A DNA stretch of 64,000 nucleotides from the human T2T-CHM13v2.0 reference genome, Homo sapiens. Both the position numbers and the translations under genes were made by a program. The notes beneath the pieces are model-generated. The model was given only the letters and a program-made list of their open reading frames with translations, searched no databases and was not told where the DNA came from. The stretch lies in the NCBI RefSeq assembly GCF_009914755.1, contig NC_060933.1; one strand, given 5' to 3'. Below, one piece after another: positions 38,392 to 51,429 of this stretch (position 1 is the stretch's first letter; each line of letters begins with the position of its first letter).

Positions 38392-38397
38392 AATAAA
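38392..38397 (+). promoter_or_regulatory. Polyadenylation signal carried over from CHCHD2 mRNA
   Basis: AATAAA 13 nt upstream of the A-tract at 38411. Confidence 0.8.
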
Positions 38398-38499
38398 GTC
38401 ATTTTCTTCCAAAAAAACAATGACTTTGAATAAACAATTCTCATGTGAAAGAATATGTTCCATGGCATTGGTTAGAAATCAATCATATCCTAACTTTTA

Positions 38500-39800
38500 A
38501 ACAAATTTAAAAGACAAGTTATATACTAGAAGGAACTATTTGTTGATAAAGCAGTAGTATCCAGAATAAATATAGAATTCCCACAAATAATTACTACTAC
38601 TAATAAAACACCCTAAGAATACGGACAAAGGATATACACAGCAACTCACCAAAGACAAAAATCTAAATGTCCAATAAACTAATGAAAATGGTCTCTACCT
38701 CACTAATAATCAAGGAAATGCAACTTAAAGCAACAATGAAATATCATTTCGCTTCTGAAAGACTGGAACAACTTTTAAATGTGGAAACATCAAGTGGTGG
38801 CAAGAACGTGGGAAAGCAGGATATAATCTGGGTATAATTTGTATTATCACTGTGGAAAACAATTTGGTAGTTCCTAGTCAGCCTGACTCCATGCATGCAT
38901 CGCCTGCAACCCAGCAATTCCACTTCCAGAAACACAATCTGCAGGAATTCCCACACATGAGCGTAAGAAGACTGTCCAAAGATGTGCATTGCAGCCCTGT
39001 TTATAACAGAAAAGAGTGGAAACAGCTTTCATCTGTAAGGAACAGGATAATAGAACTGGAGATTAATTCATTTTTATGAAAGTATACAAGAGTTAAAATG
39101 AATTGACTGCTTCTACCCGGATAAATCTCAGAAACACAATGGTGAATTAAAAAACAATTGAAAATGAAATACACAGTAGCATACCATTTGTGTAAATTTT
39201 TTTAAATACACAGAATCATATTTTTATAGATATTTCTATAGTAAAATTATAAATACAACTTAAAAGTAAAAACAAAGTAAAAGTTTTTTAAAAATACAGG
39301 CTGGGCATGGTGGCTCACCCTGTAATCCTTGCACTTTAGGAGGCCGAGGTGGGCGTATCATGAGGTCAGGAGTTCGAGACCAGCCTGGTCAATATGGTGA
39401 AATGCTGTCTCTACTAAAAAACACAAAAATTAGCCAGACGTGGTGGCTTGTGCCTGTAGTCCCAGCTACTCAGGAGGCTGAGGCAGGAGGATCACTTGAA
39501 CCCGAGAGGCAGAGGTTGCAGTGAGCCGAGATCATGCCACTGCACTCCAGCCGGGGCGACAGAGCTAGATTCCATCTCAAAAAGAAAAAAAAAAAATACA
39601 AAATACAGACCACCTTCAGTTGATAGTTAGCTCTGAGAAGGGAGGGAAAGGGAAAGGATGGGTGTTGCACCTCAGCTGTCATCTTACAGTCCTTTCTTTA
39701 AAACAGAGAAAGAGTATAACTAAGTATGGCAAAATAATAACATTCATTTATTAGGTGGTTGACAAGTAGATCTCTGTTTATTAGGTTTTTTGTATATATA
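38500..39800 (+). mobile_element. L1ME-type 3' fragment interrupted by an Alu
   Basis: ctcactaataatcaaggaaatgcaacttaaagcaacaatgaaatatcattt; cccagcaattccacttc. Confidence 0.75.
39299..39596 (+). mobile_element. AluSg-like
   Basis: Full dimer with ATCATGAGGTCAGGAGTTCGAG; AAAATACAG flanks. Confidence 0.93.
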
Positions 39801-40389
39801 TGTGTACATACATACAGACACTCAAAAGGAAAAAAGTAACTAGTCACTCCTCTTTAAAGCTACACTGGATTCTCTGCCCTCTGCACACAGTAGGACCCTA
39901 GACACAATGTACATGACATTCAGGAGACCCTGCATCACCTGTCCATTCAGGGATGGGCCCACCTAGAGAAGCCAATTCTTATAACATATTCTTGCCTTGG
40001 GATTTTTGGAGAAGGGAAATATCTGTGGCCCTCAAATAGATATTTACCTCCTTGCTCCTCAGGAGATTAGTGGCTCTACGAAAGTGCAACTTCCACGTAT
40101 TTTGTGAGATTAACCCATGATTAGACATCTCCTCATCTTTGCTCATAACATCAGTTTCCCTCCGTTGCATCTGAGCATGGTTGTAACCTACACAGACCAT
40201 ACCTCAATGGCTGGAGTACATTCCTGCCTCAGTCTACACCCTTGTCAGTTTTCTGCTGCATAGTCACATCCTTATGGTGCAATTCCTGAAAGTGAGCTAA
40301 ACAGTCCCCCTCACGTTGACCCCATCATCACACTCCTCCCTTCTTAACACCTGTCCTAGTCGTGATTCATTAATTACGATTGTGTTAAC

Positions 40390-40530
40390 ATACAATCAAT
40401 GTCTCTCTAGACTGTAGGCTCACAGGGTACGACTTTGGGTTTTTACACAGCAATATTTCCAGAGCCAAGCTCTGTGCATAGAAAAGAACAGGTACTCACT
40501 AATTATTTGTGGAACGAATGGCTTCTGAAG
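40390..40530 (+). mobile_element. L2 3' end
   Basis: ctagactgtaggctcacaggg...caggtactcactaattatttgtggaacgaatg. Confidence 0.65.
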
Positions 40531-41139
40531 TACAGAAAGAGTCCTTTCTGGAATCAAAGACTGGGGATGAACAAAGTCTATGTATGTCGGCTCAGCATAA
40601 ATACTATAACAGAAAATGGATTAGAAGAACTCTGTAAATCTGATTTCTAAACCTGGTTTTGCTACTTACTCACTCCAGGGTCCTGAGAATTCTTAGATTC
40701 TTTAAAAGCGCTAAAGGAAGTTTGCAGCCTCAGAGGAGAAGCAATCCAGTTCGTCCTTAGGAGGCCCAGCTCTCTTCACTGGCTAAATGGTCCTGGGCAA
40801 TTTATGACTTCTGAGTTTGCCTCCTTATCAAAAAACAGAAAATAATCATTGTACCCACAGTACGAGTTATTATAGGTATTGTTATACGAGTATAAAAACA
40901 CTGCATAGTTATCCTGGACTGTACAAAGCAATCAAGAAATGTAAGAAAGAAGGAGGAGAAGAAGAGAAGAAGAAGCTATAGAAAACCATGTAAACCAGAA
41001 ATTATAATACAATGTATTGTTATTCTCTGCAAAACATCATGCCATGCTCTGTGGGAAATGCAAAGAGATATAAGATGTGGTCCTTGCCCTCAAGCGGCTT
41101 GCAGTTTGAAAGAGGTAAAGCATGTACATGTGAGAACTT

Positions 41140-41625
41140 AATGAATGCTCCGGTAATCACACTCCTTGGTATTTGCCCAAAGGAGGTGAAAACGTATGTC
41201 CACACAAAAACCCACACGTAGAAATTTATAGTAGCTTTATTCATAGTTGCAAAAACTTGGAAGCAACCAAGATGTCCTTCAGTAGGCTAAGGGAGAAATA
41301 AACTGTGGTATATCCAGACAATGGAATATTATTGAATACTCAAGAGAAATTAGCTCTCAAACCATGCAAAGACACAGAAAATTCTTAAATGCGTGTTAGT
41401 AAGTGAAAGAAGGCAGCCTGAAAAAAAAAGGCTACATACTGTATGATTTCAACTATTATGACATTCTGGAAAAGGGAAAACTGTGGAGACAGTAAAAATA
41501 TCAGTGGGATGCTGATAGCGAGGAAGGTTGTATGTGTGTTGAGGCAAGGATACACTCTGTACTTGTTGCTCAATTTTGCTGTGAACCTAAAACTGCCTTT
41601 AAGAATAGTCTCTTTAAAAACATTT
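41140..41625 (+). mobile_element. L1MB/MC-type 3' end
   Basis: cacactccttggtatttgcccaaaggaggtgaaaac...aattttgctgtgaacctaaaactgc. Confidence 0.85.
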
Positions 41626-41949
41626 TAAAACAAGCAACATAAATAATGTGAGGCAGTTCTAAGTTTCATGGGCTTGGGGTAGACCAAAGTGTCAAAGGAG
41701 GGTGGGGACCAGAACCACCAAGAGAAGGTCATTGTGAACTCAGCCCAGAAGACAGAACTGACGATTCGGTGAACAGGAACAATCTTTGACTCCTGTAAGG
41801 AATCCCGCCCATCCCAACACTGCTTAGGAGGAAGAGGCGGTTCCCTTTTTTGAGAACATATTTTCAAAGCTATTCTCCAAACTGTGTGCACTAAAAAGAG
41901 CAGTAAACACTCATCTCAGTAAAACTCCTTAAATACAAAAATATTTAGT

Positions 41950-42900
41950 ATGCCCAGTTTGACTCCTCTCAGTTATTTTTTTTGTTAAATACTCAATGCA
42001 GAGTACAATTTACTTCTCCATTAAAAAAAAAAAATCTTTTTTCCATTCTGTTTTGGTTTTTGGGTTTTTGTTGTCATTTCTTCCTAAAGCACTGTTTCCT
42101 CACATTTGCATCTCCCAGCCTTTTTAATGTGATATTCCATTTAAACTGCCTTTTAATTGTATGTGCTGCCTTGGCAGAACATGACTGATGTACTCGCGTT
42201 AATTAGGGCTCCAGTCAGCAGCCCGTGCCAGCTGGAAACTGAGAAACAAGCGTAAATTATTCTGTCATCAATCAGCTCGAAAATGTTTGAATCACTAATT
42301 AGTTTGCAATTTGGGTGACAGTTTATCTGACGCAGGCGGTGTCAGAAACTTCAGATCTTAGATGAATAATTTGCCAGGAACAAGCACAGATTCCCTGCTT
42401 TTAAATACATGAAGGTTTATCTGCATGTTGAAAGGTGGCTCAGCAGTCTTCATTAACTTCCAACTGGGACTATGTAAATCAGGAATCAGTGTGAGCCTCT
42501 TCAGGTCATGGTGGCTTAGCAGATGATATTTAGAAAAAGAAAGCCTTTTTTCTTTTCTCTTTTTTTATTAATAATTCATAAACTGATAGACAAGGTTGTT
42601 TAGGCTTTAACTGCTTTAAGAAATCACAATGGTTTTCAAAAAAAAAGCAATCACCCCCTTTTACATGAAAATTAGTTGTGCTGCATCTTGCTGTTTAACT
42701 GATTTATTCTCCTTCACCATCACGTGACTGGAATGTTAAATGGGTAGTGATTATTAGCCCTTGTCCTTTCAAGAAGGATCGTTATTGGGGTTTTGTTAAA
42801 TGGCAGACTTATGTTTCTGCTTCAAGGGAAAGGTATGTAGACTCGGGTGAGGGCAGGAAGGAAGAACAAGCAGTAAAATAGAAAAGAGAAATTTTTGTCT
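41950..42900. promoter_or_regulatory. Candidate conserved developmental enhancer
   Basis: No recognisable repeat, retained CpGs. TTAATTAG 42199, CAGCTG 42229, CTGTCATCAATCA 42262-42274 (reverse complement TGATTGATGACAG, PBX-HOX plus MEIS), palindrome ACTAATTAGT 42294, TGACAG 42316, GTAAATCA 42474, ACAATGG 42626, TGATTTAT 42700, TCACGTGA 42720. Confidence 0.65.
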
Positions 42901-43292
42901 AAAAGCAACGTAAAAATCTATTATTTATTCAGTTAGGGGTGGTGGAACGGCCCCTTGTTATTTGAATCAAGGAGCTGGCCTAAGTAGTAACTCCCAGCAT
43001 TAACCATGGACGAGAGGAGATGTTATCTGTGGGATACTTTTGGATTATGGTGCGATTTGGGTCTGCAGCTCCATTATCCCTACGTTTATAGGCCACATAC
43101 CACCGTATGCACAGAGGACCAAGGATAAAGGGAGTTGTCACCCTTCAAAATCTGTTTGCAAGAGGTCAAGTTAGTCTCCCTTGTTAATTGTAACAGACCT
43201 AGTGAGCTAGGAGCTGCAAAACCAATGCTGCCCGCTTCTAGAATGGAGAAGGAGAAGAAAGAAAGACAACTAAGTTTAGAATACTCCATTCC

Positions 43293-43567
43293 AGCCAGGT
43301 GCGGTGGCTTATGCCTGTAATCCCAACACTTTGGGAGGCTGAGGTGGGTGGATCACAAGGTCAGGAGTTCAAGACCAGCCTGGCCAAGATGGTGAAATCC
43401 CGTCTCTACTAAAAATACAAAAATCAGCCGGCCGTGGTGACGGGTGCCTGTAATCCCAGCTACTCGGGAGGTTGAGGCAGAGAATTGCTTGAACCCAGGA
43501 GGCAGAGTTTGCAGTGAGCCAATATCTCGCAAAAGTGAGACTCTATCTTGGGAGGAAAAAAAAAAAA
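43293..43567 (+). mobile_element. AluS (Sx3/Sg4-like) with a short 3' internal deletion
   Basis: ggccaagatgg and gaggcagagaattgc diagnostics; TSD AGAATACTCCATTCC / AGAATACGCCACTCC. Confidence 0.92.
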
Positions 43568-43912
43568 AGAATACGCCACTCCCTCTTCATTGCCAGCTAC
43601 CAGAGTGAGTAAAGTTGTCTAGAAGAAGACAGAGGAGCTTAAGGAGTCCCACTAGTGAGAAGTTGGACTTGGAGAATATGGAGCAGTGGGCAGTGTGGAC
43701 TCTACGACCTGGTTCCATGTAAGGCCTCAATATCCAGGAAAGGAAAGACAAGGTAAGGGAAACAAAACCAAAAATGTAAGGTGTATCACTTTTTTCTCTC
43801 AAATCAAGTCCCTAATTTCTTTCTTCCAAGGAGTTTCTTGAGCTCCCATAGTCCCAACGCTCTCCTGTCCATTATTCTTCCTCATAGAATTTTAGTTCAC
43901 CATTTTACCTCT

Positions 43913-44311
43913 TGCTATGTGTTTGAATGTTTGGCCCCTCCAAAACTCATGTTGAAATTCAATTGCCATTTTAACAGTATTAAAAGGTGGGACCCTTGAG
44001 AGGTGATCAGGGCATGATGGCCCCATCCTCACTGGTGGGATTGGTGCCATTACAAAAGGGCAAGTTCGTGCCTGTCTCACCCACTTCTATTCTTCCATAG
44101 TGTGAGAAAGAGCGTTCCTCCTCTCTTGAGGATGCAGCATTTAAGGCCCCATCTTGGAAGCAGAGACCAGACCCTCATCAGACACCAAACCTGCCAGCCC
44201 CTTGACCTTAGACTTCCTGGCCCCTAGAATCATGAGAAATAAATTTCCATTGTTTATAAATTACTTAGTCTGTGGTATTCTGTTAACAGCCGCACAGCAT
44301 GGACTAAGACA
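43913..44311 (+). mobile_element. MaLR solo LTR (MST-like)
   Basis: TGCTATGTGTTTGAATGTTTGGCCCCTCCAAAACTCATGTTGAAATT...GGACTAAGACA. Confidence 0.88.
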
Positions 44312-44869
44312 ACCCCCTACCTCGGCCACTTTGCTAATTCAGGCCGTGCAGTCCCTCCCCTGCATTAACAAATTTCCTAACCAGGTGCCCTCCCTTTATC
44401 TTTTCTTCCCCTCCCTACTCTCCCCACAGCTCCATATCAGTTCATTTGAACCCATCCTTCAACACAGGTGGATGAATGGAGAGGAGGAAGGAAGCTGTGT
44501 TTGGTAAGGGCAATGAAAATAACAAAAGATGAAAAGTTAAGAATTCCCACAGTATGTTGAGAGGACAGTGAAAAAGTAATCAGACTAATGAGTTCTATAA
44601 AACATGGGGTGTTTTGGCTTAAGGATGCAGCATTTATCCTTGGGGTAATGAGGAATCACTGAAAATTTTCAAGTAAGGAAGTAATATAATGAAGTTAGTA
44701 AGTGAAGTGCACAATGTCTACAGTCTAAGCAATACTGTTTTGACTGTGTGCCTTAAAATTGGCTTAGTTAGAACAGAAAGGTCCTAAATGTCTTCCCCTC
44801 TGATCTGTGAAAGTTTCTTACTCAATGAAAGGAAAATTTAAGGCAGTTTTTGTAAAAAAATAAATATAA

Positions 44870-46020
44870 GACACTGATGAGACAAGTTATAGCCTGGTAG
44901 AAAATTTTAATAGCTACAAACCATATACCCAACAAAGTACTAGTAACAGAAATATGTAAAGAACTCTCAAAACTCAACAGTAAAAAAAAATCCAATTAGA
45001 AAATAAGCAAAAGACACAAATTTTGCTGAAGAAGATGTACAGATGACAAATATACACATAAAAAGATGTTCAGCATCATTAGCCATTAGGGAAATGCTAA
45101 TTAAAGCCACGGTGAGATATCACTTCATACCCATTCGAATGCTTAATAGACAAAATAGTAGTATCACAAAATGCTGACAACAATACAAAAACTGGATTAC
45201 TTATATATTGCCAATAGAAATATAAAATACTACAGCCACTCCAGAATTGAGCAAGTCAATTTCTCAAAAAAAACTAAAAATGCAACTACTGTATGAATGA
45301 GCAATTGGACTCTTGGGCCTCCCACCCAGAAAAATAAAAACTATGTTTACACAAAAACCTGTGCATAAATGTCCATAACTGCTTTATACATAATAGCTAA
45401 AAACCAGAAAGAACTCTCCTGTCCTTCAAAGGGTGAGTGGTCAAACAAACTGTTATATATCCATAGCGTGGAATATTACTGAGCAATAAAAAGAAACAAA
45501 CTGTTCATACATGCAATAATTTGGATGAATCTTAAGGAAATTATACTGAGTCAAAAAAGTCAATTCTAAAAAGTTACATGCTTGCATTTTATGTAACATT
45601 CTTGAATGGGCAAAATATGTAGATGGAAAATATTGCGTGGTTTTTGGATGTTAGCGGTATAGGAAGAAAAGAAGGTACATGGCCTTAAACGGGCAAAATG
45701 AGGGATTTCTGTGATGGTGGAGCCGTTTCTGTATCTTGACTGTGGTGGAGGATACATGAATCTGCAATGTGACAAAATTACATAAAACTATGCAATTGCC
45801 CACACACACACATTCATGAACTAGTATAAGTAAAATTCGGGAAATCTGAGTAAGATTGCTAGACTGCATCAATGTCAATATCCTGGTTGTGATGTGCACT
45901 ATAGTTTTACATGATGTTAGCATTGGAGAAAACTGAGTAAAGTGTATACGAGATCTCTCTGTATTATTTCTGCATGTGATTCTGCAATTACCTCAAAATA
46001 AAAAGTTTAATTAATAAAAA
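44870..46020 (+). mobile_element. L1MC-type 3' portion
   Basis: aaagaactctcaaaactcaacagtaa...catcattagccattagggaaatgc...tgtcaatatcctggttgtgat...caaaataaaaagtt. Confidence 0.88.
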
Positions 46021-46596
46021 TATGCAGTCCAGAACAAAAGCTGTCAGTGCCTCTACTTGAAAGACCTGCAGAAACAGGAGAAACTCGTGGAGAATCTTTC
46101 CCCAACATTTCCAGAGTGAGAAAGGCAATAGGCATTCTACTACACAAAGTTATGAAGAGATCCAGATTGATGGTGGCTCTCCAGGTTCAGCACATGGCTT
46201 CCAATGTCACTGTGGTATTGGAGGAGTGAGGTCACCATCTCAGAGAGCTGAAAAGGGAAAGGGTATGAAGGAGCATACAAGGGAGATTTTACAAGCCAAG
46301 TTTAAAAGTGGTGCACACCACTTGCTAAAATGAACAAACAAACGAGTTCATTACAGTCTGGCAGGAGACTCTAGAATCATTTCAAACCTTCCTTTCCTCA
46401 GTGCTTCTGTGAAGAATCAAAATAGCCTCTTTTCATGAAAATATTGAAAATCATATTTCTAGAATCTCTGGAAAATGAAAGGAAAGATGATAGTGCTATT
46501 TAGTACTGTCAACAAAAGCAATGTATCTCTAAATTGAGACTTTTTTAGATCATTTGTTTCACTGTCAAGCTATTCATTAAAAATTCTCAATTGGCC

Positions 46597-46740
46597 ATAA
46601 AAATGATAAGTATGTGAGGTGATACATGTGTTAATTAGCTTCGTTTAGCCATTCCACAATGTATACATATTTCAAAACATCATTTTACATGATAAACATG
46701 TACAATTTTTATTTGTCAATTTAAAAACTTAAAAAAATCA
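46597..46740 (+). mobile_element. L1MA-type 3'-terminal fragment
   Basis: aaatgataagtatgtgaggtgatacatgtgttaattagcttcgtttagccattccacaatgtatacat. Confidence 0.8.
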
Positions 46741-47039
46741 TTGAAAAACAATCTAAGATTACTGTATAAACCTAGTAGCACCTAAATTGCCTTATAAACA
46801 TTATCATATTGACATAAATTAAGCATTTGAGAAAGTATGACATGAGACAAGTTAAGTTTTCCATAGGGAGGCAAGAGGGAAGACAGGCTCAAACCTTGTT
46901 TTTAGTAGATCACTCCTGGGTAGGACATGACAGAAAAATGGCTTGGGCAGCTCAGATATATCATATGAGTGTTGGACTCCATGCAGAATCTATAAGGAAA
47001 TTAGAACTCACCTACTTCTCAACCAATTATCTGACTTAT

Positions 47040-47340
47040 CCAAACATTCATTTTACTAATGTACACAAATATGCAAGTACTGCACTAGGTACTAGCAATT
47101 CAGTAGTGGGCCAGAGAGACACAGCCTATGCTCCATGGAGTACATAACCTCTTGGAGAATCCAGATATATGCAGCAAGACATTTCAAATAGAACGTGTCA
47201 CGTGCCCTGAAAGTGGAAGTAGAGTTTACTATGAGAGCATATAGCAGGAGTCCAGCCTTAATCAGTGAAGACTTCCTTGTGGGAGATTAAGCTAACACAT
47301 TGTGAGTAATTAGGAGTTAACTAGGAGAAGACAATGGAAA
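47040..47340 (-). mobile_element. L2 3' fragment
   Basis: tatgcaagtactgcactaggtactag...acacagcctatgctccatggag...gaagacttcctt. Confidence 0.6.
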
Positions 47341-47442
47341 AGAAGTAGAGCCGTGTGCATTGGATCAATGATGTTTTCTTGTGATGAGGGCAATTGTAAC
47401 AAAGATTGCAGAAGTTTGGGTGAGCATCACAAGCTCCAACCA

Positions 47443-47492
47443 ATATATATATACATATATATACATATGTGTGTATATATATATATATATAT
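47443..47492. repeat. (TA)n-rich microsatellite
   Basis: Seen directly. Confidence 0.9.
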
Positions 47493-47849
47493 AGAAGCTT
47501 AGTAAGAAGAATGAGACTCTAGATGCCTTACAAGTGCATATGCTGACTCTGTAATGATGCTCAGGAATGAAGTCTGTTTGCAGCAGAAAATAAGTCAATA
47601 GAAGAAAACGTGCTCTTTCTCTGGCCTTTAACCTCCTTCCTTCTATCCACTCCTGCAATGCAGAAGACTAAATTCCTGGCTGTGTATCTATTTCTCTTGG
47701 TGTATATATTTCCCAACATCAGTTCTGATTTTTTAATTCATCCAGTATCCTGTTCCAGCTTTCTCCTGGGAAGCAAATAAAAGCCTGATTTGCCATTTTT
47801 ATCTACTAGGCTATGGATTCAGCTATTTAATCTTGTTTCTTTACCATCC

Positions 47850-48215
47850 CTAGAGTATTGTCCTCAACTGTATGATTCAAGATAGCTCAGCACCTTGTCC
47901 AGAGTCTAGCTGGAGAATAATGGAGAGAGGAAAGGGAATATGCCCTTTTCTTCATACACATTTGCACACTTCCCACTCACAGGCCTTCCATTGGCCAGAG
48001 CTTAGTCATATCCCCGCACCAAGACCTAAGAAAGACTGAGAAATCTATCCTTTGGTTGCGGTGGCCAAGTGCCTAGCTAAAAATTGAGAATTCCATCCTA
48101 TAACCTACACTGATAGAAACACTTAAATTCTTCCTGCAGCTTCCATATTGTTTGGCCAACAAACAACAAGATGAGGGGGGAAATGGATATTGGGACAAAT
48201 AGCAATCTCTGCCAC
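47850..48215 (-). mobile_element. Old MaLR LTR (MLT1J/K-like)
   Basis: ccattggccagagcttagtcata...gtgcctagctaaaaatt...aatggatattgggacaaatagcaatctctgccaca. Confidence 0.6.
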
Positions 48216-49379
48216 ATCATTCTTTGAAAATGATTGATCCCTTGTTTAAGAATTTAAGGCAACTTCAATGCAAGCTAGTTCAGTAGTAAAGCCACATTGA
48301 TGCTGAAATACAAAGAAAGAAAAATCATATGTTACAAAAGCTGTGATCATTTATTTGATGGGAACACATCAGGTCACATTGTTTAGCTCTATAAATCTGT
48401 AGACTGAAGGAAAAAAGAATTCTTTCCACAGCCATCTTGCACTATGCACCAAGAATTCCCATAGCTTTGGGAAGGCTGTCTGAAGTTAGAGAAAAAAAGA
48501 GGTTTTTTTTGGCCTGGTTTGATTTCATTACATCTATTAAAAGATGGAGATAATCGGCCTGCTTCTTTATCCTATCACATAACATCAGAACGTAATAATT
48601 CCGTCTTACAACCTACACAGATAAAACCACTTAAATTCTTCCTGCAGCTTCTGAACCACTCCAGCCTCCAAGCAGTTTCCTGGAGGGAAACATAAAGTTG
48701 GTACCTCGCTGCTTCAGTATTGATCCAGTTTGTTCCCAGCTCTGCTCTGACCTCAGTATCCCAGTTTCTAAGAGGTTGGGTTCTTGTCTGGTCCTTGTTC
48801 CTCACTGCTTGTCTTGACCCCCATTTCCCCTGTGGATCAGTTCCCTTCTCGTATTTCCTAAGAGAAGGTATAGGCATTTCTTCCTTGGCCCCCTTCCCAT
48901 TTATAGTCAGTCTCCTAATAGCTGGATTCCTTCATTTCTTAGGTGGAACTACTACTATATTCACCACACAGTTTGAGGACTAGACTCTTTGGGAGAAAGA
49001 GAAAGGCCACTGCTGGGCCAATCAATCTTAAACTCTCCAAGCTCTTGTTCTCTCACCCCCTCCCCCTAGTTCTTTCTTTCTCAGGCTTTCTTTCTCTCTC
49101 TCTCACACACACATACCCCACATATTGGTCTACTATTGATCTTTTATAATAGTATTAGCAATTATGTCCTACATGTCCTTTTCCCTCATTGCATTCTTTT
49201 CCAGTTTGAGATATGCCTTCAGATTTCTCTGAGTCCTTGGAATCACCAATGTGGGGCCTAATTTTTATTTGTAGACTGTTAGCTCTTTGGTTCTACCTAG
49301 ATTCCTGAAATTGCCTTCTACAAATGGGGATAGTCCATAACTGCCTTAGTTAGTGTGTGGCTTTTTGAAATGATGTTAT

Positions 49380-49760
49380 GGTCAGCTTTTGCCAGGTTGT
49401 GCTGCAAACAAATCCAAAATTTCAACCACTTACTGCAGCAAACATTAATTTCTCATTCACATTATACATTGGCTACAGCTCTACTCCATGCTTGCTCTAT
49501 TTGGAAACAAAGTCTGAAGAAAAAGCCCCCATCTGGGACCTATCAGTCTCAAGGCAGAGAAAAAAAAAGAGGTGGCAAAGGCAATGATAGCTCTCAGAGC
49601 CTCTGCTCAAAATGTCACATGTCACTTGCACTTACATGCCATTGGCCAAAACAAGTCAAAATGCCAGGTCACACGCCAGTGGAGCAGAAGTTATAATCCT
49701 TCTACAGAAACAAACCTGGTAGATAAGAGCTTCTATCTTTCAACAGAAATATAATCTACT
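49380..49760 (-). mobile_element. Old MaLR LTR (MLT1K/L-like)
   Basis: gtcacttgcacttacatgccattggccaaaacaagtca...gaagttataatcct. Confidence 0.55.
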
Positions 49761-51429
49761 AAAACCTTTTCCAAAATGTCCCCAGGTGCTTTCTGGGTTT
49801 CCTGACAAATAACTGTTTTGGACGAAGGATGTCTTCCCTGAAGTAGGAAGGATTGAAACTCTACACACCTCTCAAGACCTCCATGGATTGGGTAACCAGC
49901 TTTTTCCACCCATTACTACAAATACCTGCACTTAAGCTTAGTCTGTGCGGCATCCAAAGAGTCTTTTTGATTCCCCTGAAAAAAGCCGCTCTCAAGCTTG
50001 ACCCATTAAAAAAGAGGACAATGGAGTGGAGGAGGCTCAGAAAGTGTCCCAGCCCTGGAGCACAAGCACAGAGCCTCCACCAGGTGCCAGTGCAAACATG
50101 CCTCTGTGCAGGATCCAAGAAATGGGTGACTGTGTACCTGCATGCTGACCTATGATCTGTAAGCCTCTTCTTTAACCCCAACTGAGTTGGCATTTTGGAA
50201 TTCATTCTCACTACAGTCTTCCATATTTGAGCTTAGATTTACAAGTCCCCAGTCAAGAGATTGTTGTATTCTATCTTCCTTCTCAGTGTCATAATCAAAA
50301 TGTAGACCATTATACCCATCAGGTATCAATGGTGAGCAAGCCACAGCCTTTCACTCCAAATACTCTGGGGTCCCATAATGATGGTTACCTACATCCAGAA
50401 TGATTGAGCAAGCATTTTCATTCTACATGGTTGTTACTGAAAAAAAAACAAGGACAAAAACAAAAACAAAAAACAGCAACAACAAAAAAACATAGTTATT
50501 GCAACAGAAAATGCCAACAATTATTAACACTAGTCTATCACCTTTCATTTTTAAAAAAAATGAGAAATGAGAAGAAGCTAAATAAACTTAAATGTCAAGG
50601 AAGCCCTTAGGAATTATCTTTAAATTCTTCATTTCCTTTAGCATACTCAAAAAATGGTGTTTAATTATTTCTCTTACTTACTATATTATTATTGTAAAAA
50701 GGCCCCAGGCTTGAATGGTTTCAAGTCCTGCCAGGAGCTCAGAAGTGTGATTAAGTTGTGTATGACAGTGGCCTGTGATCATTGCACCACTGTAGTAACT
50801 CACAACAGAGTTTAAATATATTGTAGCTCTGTTATCACCATTTCCCCCAACTATATCAACTATATCCATGGCAAACATTGATAATCATTTCCAGCACTCT
50901 TTCCTTCTGTCCCTAAAATCAGCCATCCAATGCCACTCCACATAGTGCTCCTGGCAGCAACTAGCCTTTGTTATGGGATGATGCTGAATATGGAACCTGG
51001 TTGCCATCTTGGTCCGGTGGAAATGGGAAATCCTTTGCCACCACAACAGCTGTCTGTGAACAAACCTTCCTCCTGAGGTGCTTCCTGAGACTATTTTAGT
51101 TTCCTTTTGCTATGAATTCGACCTTGTCCATCCATATAGCATGGCCACATGATCTTAATTTAGAAAGTTTGATTTTAATTTGGAAGTTTTCTTCCTTTTG
51201 GTGCCTCACCCTGTTTGACAGCCCTCTGTACCCAGAGTTTGTATTCACCCCATTTCACATTGAATATTTAACTCTATGTAGAAACTTGAAGCAACTCTAG
51301 TAATATCTACAGTAGGCTCCCAGCTCACATGAATACCTTTTCACGCATCAAAGTTTTGAACAGAGATGTAAGATAATGTTTATTAAATAAATGTCTGTTG
51401 ACCTAAATAAGCAATTGTAATTTTACAGG

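Larger units (their letters stand above)
37643..38417 (+). pseudogene. CHCHD2P9: CHCHD2 processed pseudogene (retrocopy): about 38 nt 5'UTR, intact intronless CDS, 3'UTR, AATAAA, poly(A) remnant
   Basis: Intronless ORF translating to a CHCHD2-like protein; AATAAA at 38392-38397; A7 at 38411-38417; flanking direct repeat AATGACTTTGA at 37632-37642 and 38419-38429 (extendable to 16 bp with 2 mismatches). The symbol rests on recalled identity to the CHCHD2P9 protein ([28 protein letters not shown]). Confidence 0.93.

Noticed and set aside
48575-50211. Several 87-116 aa ORFs in unique or LTR sequence
   Set aside because: No recognisable domain or exon structure; lengths are compatible with chance, and several start at non-ATG codons.
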